Assembly: GCA_036229005.1 (NCBI GenBank)
Contig: JAZAMN010000073.1
Span: 32,001-96,000, forward strand
Length of the DNA: 64,000 nucleotides
Origin: Myxococcota bacterium
Lineage (GTDB): Bacteria > Myxococcota_A > UBA796 > CAJQPC01
Direction of reading: 5' to 3'
Under the pieces are notes generated by a model. That model had not been told where the DNA came from and ran no database searches. It saw only the letters and a program-made list of their open reading frames with translations. Shown here piece after piece: positions 59,552 through 64,000 of the stretch; positions within the stretch are counted from its first letter, which is position 1; the number at the start of each line of letters is the position of its first letter. Both the position numbers and the translations under genes were made by a program.

Positions 59552-61731
59552 GGTCGGGTATCGGGGGGCAGGTATCGGGTATCGGGTATCGGGTCTCAGT
59601 CATCACGCCGCTCCCCTCCGAGGCGCGCTCTCCCGGCCGAACTCGGCACTCCATCCGGGGACCGGCGCTCCAGTGGCCCGCACGAAGTGCCGGGCCCTCC
59701 CCGAGACGTCTCCCCAAGTCGGCTGCCACCGGCGCCTCGAGCCTGCCTCAACGTCATCGACGGTCGCTGGTCCCCGGTCGCCGCCAGGGGGGCTCAGGCG
59801 TCGGGGCTCAGGTATCAGGTCTCAGGTCTCGGTCATCACGCCTCTCCTCTCCGAAGCGTGCTCTCCCGGCCGAACCCGGCACTCCATTCCGGGACCGGTC
59901 CAGACCGGCGCTCCCGTGGCCCGCACGCAGTGCCGGGCCCTCCCCGAGACGCCTCCCCAAGTCGGCTGCCACCGGCGCCTCGACCTGGCTGGGCGTCATC
60001 GGCGGTCCCCGGTCCCCGGTTCCCGGTCGCCGCCAGGGGGGCTCAGGCGTCGGGGCTCAGGTATCAGGCGTCGGGTATCGGTCATCACGCGGCTCCCCTC
60101 CGAAGCGTGCTCTCCCGGCCGAACTCGGAACCCCATCCGGCAACCGGCCCCTCCGTGGCCCGCACGCAGTGCCGGGCCCTCCCCGAGACGCCTCCCCAAG
60201 TCGGCTGCCACCGGCGCCTCGAGCCTGCCCCAACGCCATCGACGGTCCCCGGTCCCCGGTCCCCGGTCGCCGCCAGGGGGGCTCAGGCGTCGGGGCTCAG
60301 GTATCGGGTATCGGTCATCACGCCGCTCCCCTCCGAGGCGCGCTCTCCCGGCCGAACCCGGAACCCCACCCGGCAACCGGCCCCTCCGTGGCCCGCACGC
60401 AGTGCCGGGCCCTCTCCGAGGCGTTCCTCCAAGTCGGCTGCCACCGGCGCCTCGAGCCTGCCCCAACGCTATCGGCGGTCCCCGGTCCCCGGTCCCCGGT
60501 CGCCGCCAGGGGGCTCAGGCGTCGGGGGCCAGGTATCAGGCGTCGGGTATCGGTCATCACGCCGCTCCTCTCCGAAGCGCGCTCTCCCGGCCGAACCCGG
60601 AACCCCATCCGGCAACCGGCGCTCCCGTGGCCCGTACGAAGTGCCGGGCCCTCCCCGAGGCGCCTCCCCAAGTCGGCTGCCAGCGGCGCCTCGAGCCTGC
60701 CCCAGCGTCATCGGCGGTCCCCGGTCCCCGGTCCCCGGTCGCCGCCAGGGGGCTCAGGCGTCGGGGGGGCAGGTGTCAGGCGTCGGATATCGGCCATCAC
60801 GCCGCTCCCCTCCGAGGCGTGCTCTCCCGGCCGAACCCGGAACGTCATCCGGGGACCGGCGCTCCCGTGGCCCGCACGCAGTGCCGTGCCCTCCCCGAGA
60901 CGCCTCCCCAAGTCGGCTGACAGCGGCGCCTCGAGCCTGCCCCAACGTCATCGGCGGTCCCCGGTCCCCGGTCCCCGGTCGCCGGCAGGGGGCTCAGCGT
61001 CGGGGGTCAGGTATCAGGCGTCGGGTATCGGTCATCACGCCGCTCCCCTCCGAGGCGCGCTCTCCCGGCCGAACCCGGAACGTCATCCGGGGACCGGCGC
61101 TCCCGTGGCCCGCACGAAGTGCCGGGCCCTCTCCGAGACGCCTCCCCAGGTCGGCTGCCACCGGCGCCTCGACCTGGCTGGGCGTCATCGGCGGTCCCCG
61201 GTCCCCGGTCGCCGCGAGGGGGGCTCAGGTATCAGGCGTCGGGTATCGGTCATCACGCCGCTCCTCTCCGAGGCGTCGTCTCCAGGGCGAGCCCGGAACG
61301 TCATCCGGCAACCGGCGCTCCCGTGGCCCGCACGCAGTGCCGGGCCCTCCCCGAGACGCCTCACCAAGTCGGCTGCCACGGGCGCCTCGGCCCGGCAGGG
61401 CGTCATCGGCGGTCCCCGGTCCCTGGTCCCCGGTCGCCGCCAGGGGGCTCAGGCGTCGGGGCTCAGGTATCAGGCGTCGGGTGTCGGTCATCACGCCGCT
61501 CCCCTCCGAGGCGTGCTCTCCCGGCCGAACCCGGAACCCCAGCCTGCAACCGGCCCCCGTGGCCCGCACGAAGTGCCGGGCCCTCCCCGAGACGCCTCCC
61601 CAAGTCGGCTGCCACCGGCGCCTCGAGCCTGCCCCAACGCCATCGGCGGTCCCCGGTCCCCGGTCCCCGGTCGCCGCCACCCACCGACCCCCGACCCCCG
61701 ATACCCGATACCCGCCCCCCGATACCCGACC
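59552..61731. repeat. Tandem array B: nine ~238-bp units bounded by 35-bp terminal inverted repeats
   Basis: TCATCACGC-type anchors at 59600, 59833, 60082, 60315, 60554, 60794, 61032, 61250, 61488; TIRs 59552-59586 and 61697-61731. Confidence 0.95.
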
Positions 61732-61737
61732 TCCGCC

Positions 61738-62523
61738 TCACTCCGTCGGCACCTCATCCTCAACAACCACCGCAACAACCGGCACCCCAAACACCCGGCT
61801 CCACCCCCGCGAGCCGTCGTCCAGGCGCAGCCAGAAGCGGTCGCCGACCAGGGTGCAACCGGGCAGACGCGCGCCCCAGATCACGTCGTCGGCGTGCTCC
61901 AGCAGTGCCTCGCCGGCGAGTACACAGCTCAAGGAAGGCTCGGTGGGGTGCAGGATCCGGAGTCGTGGGCCCAGAGCGGCGACGCGCTCCAGATCCACCT
62001 CTCCCACCTGCTGCCCCTTGCTGGGGTCGATGCGGCTCCAGCTCCGCTCCCAGGTCGCGGCGTCCAGGATCCGGCGCTCGGCGGCCAGGGGAGCGTCGTC
62101 CAGGGGGAGGCGGTCGCAGAGCTCCGAGAGCAGGGTGGCGGCGTCGGAGACCAGGCGCTCGCGCATCAGGCGGTGGCCGGGCTGCTGATCCTCGAGGCGG
62201 CGGGAGAGGGACTTGCTGGCCTGGAGCACGGCGACGTCCACCGCCTGGTCCACCAGGGCGCGGGCTTCGCCCAGATCCGTCGGGATCTCGGCCCCTTCGA
62301 GGTGATCTCGGGCCAGAGAGAGCAGGGTGGTCTGGACGTGGAGCTGCCAGGCCCGCAGGCTGAGGATCTGACGGCGGCTGCCGGGCACCGCGCGCAGGCG
62401 CTGACCACGGCCCTGGAGCTGCAGGTGCTCGTCGGCGTGATCTTGCAGGACCTGGGCGATGCGGGCCCGGAGCTGGCCGCAGAAGCGCGGACCAGGAGCG
62501 GGGCCGGGAGGGACGACAGCCAT
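61738..62523 (-). CDS. Hypothetical protein
   Basis: Only plausible ORF between the array and the ligase; ATG start; no motif recognised. Confidence 0.5.
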   Translation of the reverse strand: MAVVPPGPAPGPRFCGQLRARIAQVLQDHADEHLQLQGRGQRLRAVPGSRRQILSLRAWQLHVQTTLLSLARDHLEGAEIPTDLGEARALVDQAVDVAVLQASKSLSRRLEDQQPGHRLMRERLVSDAATLLSELCDRLPLDDAPLAAERRILDAATWERSWSRIDPSKGQQVGEVDLERVAALGPRLRILHPTEPSLSCVLAGEALLEHADDVIWGARLPGCTLVGDRFWLRLDDGSRGWSRVFGVPVVAVVVEDEVPTE

Positions 62524-62582
62524 GGCGGACGGGCTAACTCTCCCCGGTCCGTGCTACGAGAGACACTGGACGGGAGCCCCCA

Positions 62583-63932
62583 ATGGACATCCGGAACCTG
62601 CGCAGCGCGGTCGAGCTCCGCGCCCTGCTGGAAGAGCGAAAGCCCCGCCGCATCCAGGTGGGCGTGACCGACCTGGACGGCGTGCTGCGCGGCCGCATGG
62701 TGCGCACCGAGCGCGTGCTGAGCGCCTTGGAGACGGGGATGGGGCTCTGCGACCTGTACCTGGGCTCGGATCTGGACGATCAGCCCTACGCCGGGCTGCG
62801 CACCAGCGGCCGGGTTGCCGGCTTCCCCGACGCCCCGATCAAGGTCCTGCCGGAGACCCTCCGCGAGCTGCCCGATGACCGCGGGCTGCTGATCCTGGGC
62901 GAGTTCGCCGGGCGGGCCGAGAGCCTCTGTCCCCGCAGCGCGCTCCGGCGGGTGGTCCAGCACCTGGCGCAGACCGGGTTCAGCGCCAAGGTGGGCTTCG
63001 AGTACGAGTTCACGCTCTTTGAGACCACGGACGACGGCGAGCTGGAGCTGGAGCCCATCTCCCTGGGCCAGCAGGGCTACTCCCTGGCCGACGCGGACGT
63101 GCACGCCGAGCTGGTCGACGCCCTGTGGGACCACTGCGAGGCGCTGGACCTGCCCCTGGAGAGCCTCCACCCCGAGTCCGGCTCGGGCGTGCTGGAGGCG
63201 GCGCTGGCCGCTGACGCGCCGGTGGCCGCTGCGGACAAGGCCGCGTTGTTCAAGACCTTCGTGAAGTCCTTCGCCCGCAAGCGGGGGCTGGTGGCCAGCT
63301 TCATGGCGCGCTGGACCCTGGATCAGCCCGGGCAGTCCGGTCACATCCACATCAGCCTCCAGGACCAGGACGGCCGGCCCGCGTTCTTCGACAAGGGCGC
63401 CCCCTTCCGCATGTCCCGGACCATGCGCGCCTTCGTGGCCGGGCAGCAGCGCTACCTGCCGGAGCTGCTGGCCCTGGCCGCCCCGACGGTCAACAGCTAC
63501 GCGCGGCTGCAGCCCTCGGAGCGCGTCCCCGCGGCGGCCACCTGGGGCGTCGAGAACCGCAGCACCGCCCTGCGGGTCATCCCCGGGGCGCCCAAGGCCC
63601 AGCGGGTGGAGTTCCGCATCGCCGGCAGCGACGCGAACCCCTACCTGGCCCTCTCCGCCGCCCTGGCGTCCGGGTCGGTGGGGATCAGCGAGAGCCTGAT
63701 GCTGGCCCAGCCGGTCAAGGGCAACGCCCACGACCAGGACTTCCCCGCCGAGATGCAGCTCCCCACCACCCTGGGGGAGGCCGCCGAGAAGCTGGCCGCC
63801 TGCGCGCCCGCCCGGAAGGTGCTGGGCGACGCCTTCGTGGAGCACTTCGTGATCTCCCGCCGCTGGGAGGAGCAGCAGTTCCGTCGCGCCGTGACGGACT
63901 GGGAGCTCCGCCGCTACCTGACCCGCATCTGA
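62583..63932 (+). CDS. Glutamine synthetase-family gamma-glutamyl ligase
   Basis: DLDGVLRGR, GFEYEF, HPESG, ASFMAR, SGHIHISL, PTVNSYARL, WGVENRSTALR, EFRIAGSDANPYL. Confidence 0.93.
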   Translation: MDIRNLRSAVELRALLEERKPRRIQVGVTDLDGVLRGRMVRTERVLSALETGMGLCDLYLGSDLDDQPYAGLRTSGRVAGFPDAPIKVLPETLRELPDDRGLLILGEFAGRAESLCPRSALRRVVQHLAQTGFSAKVGFEYEFTLFETTDDGELELEPISLGQQGYSLADADVHAELVDALWDHCEALDLPLESLHPESGSGVLEAALAADAPVAAADKAALFKTFVKSFARKRGLVASFMARWTLDQPGQSGHIHISLQDQDGRPAFFDKGAPFRMSRTMRAFVAGQQRYLPELLALAAPTVNSYARLQPSERVPAAATWGVENRSTALRVIPGAPKAQRVEFRIAGSDANPYLALSAALASGSVGISESLMLAQPVKGNAHDQDFPAEMQLPTTLGEAAEKLAACAPARKVLGDAFVEHFVISRRWEEQQFRRAVTDWELRRYLTRI

Positions 63933-63939
63933 GGGACCC

Positions 63940-64000
63940 GTGGAACACCAGGAGATCCGCGAGCGCATCACCGCGCTGGAGACCGAGCTCCAGGACATGG
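63940..64000 (+). CDS. Start of a gene truncated by the window end (possibly release factor 2-like N-terminal helix)
   Basis: GAGGG then GTG: MEHQEIRERITALETELQDM; too short to identify. Confidence 0.4.
   Translation, partial: MEHQEIRERITALETELQDM

Noticed and set aside
45348..61737. Autonomous IS/transposon or prophage explaining the arrays
   Set aside because: No transposase, integrase, HUH nuclease or phage gene recognised; genes between the arrays are housekeeping.
59531..62667. Long ORFs (885, 832, 459, 414 aa) across array B as repeat proteins; array B as CRISPR
   Set aside because: Unit lengths are mostly not multiples of three, the same peptides appear in all frames, and composition is Arg/Pro/Gly-rich as expected for stop-poor GC DNA; no unique spacers.
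62583..63932. Calling the ligase glnA
   Set aside because: Family motifs are clear, but the divergent sequence fits GS-like gamma-glutamyl ligases equally well; substrate cannot be assigned.

Overview
High-GC (roughly 70%) bacterial chromosomal segment. Gene content (Hanks-type kinase with a PEGA-like partner, DUF1552/DUF1592 pair, many Cys/Asp-rich lipoproteins, GYF-like and PilZ proteins) suggests a Myxococcota-like organism, and the full Na+-NQR operon plus acidic surface proteins suggests a marine one; this taxonomy is inference. Housekeeping content: nqrABCDEF-apbE-nqrM, two RNases H, ettA, stand-alone Zn-independent rpsN/rpmJ, glnS-YqeY, ABC transporters and a glutamine-synthetase-family ligase. 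No rRNA, tRNA, CRISPR-Cas or transposase was recognised. Most notable: (1) two large non-coding tandem arrays (7 x ~200 bp at 45.7-47.1 kb; 9 x ~238 bp at 59.6-61.7 kb) of one family in opposite orientations, each between convergent genes, with GTGG-led hairpins that covary and carry C-GNA-G loops, heptamer tracts and inverted ends (REP/BIME-like ssDNA element); (2) a translationally coupled six-lipoprotein operon (5.0-13.8 kb) including a VWA protein with a circularly permuted lamin-tail domain inserted in it; (3) repeated ultra-short, uncharged lipoprotein signal peptides (Cys at residue 7-13); (4) a 31-bp-period direct-plus-inverted array upstream of a lipase; (5) a GT4-radical SAM fusion, an archaeal/eukaryote-type RNase HII, and a uORF leader on an RbfA paralog. 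All domain assignments are from motif recognition by eye; no searches were run.
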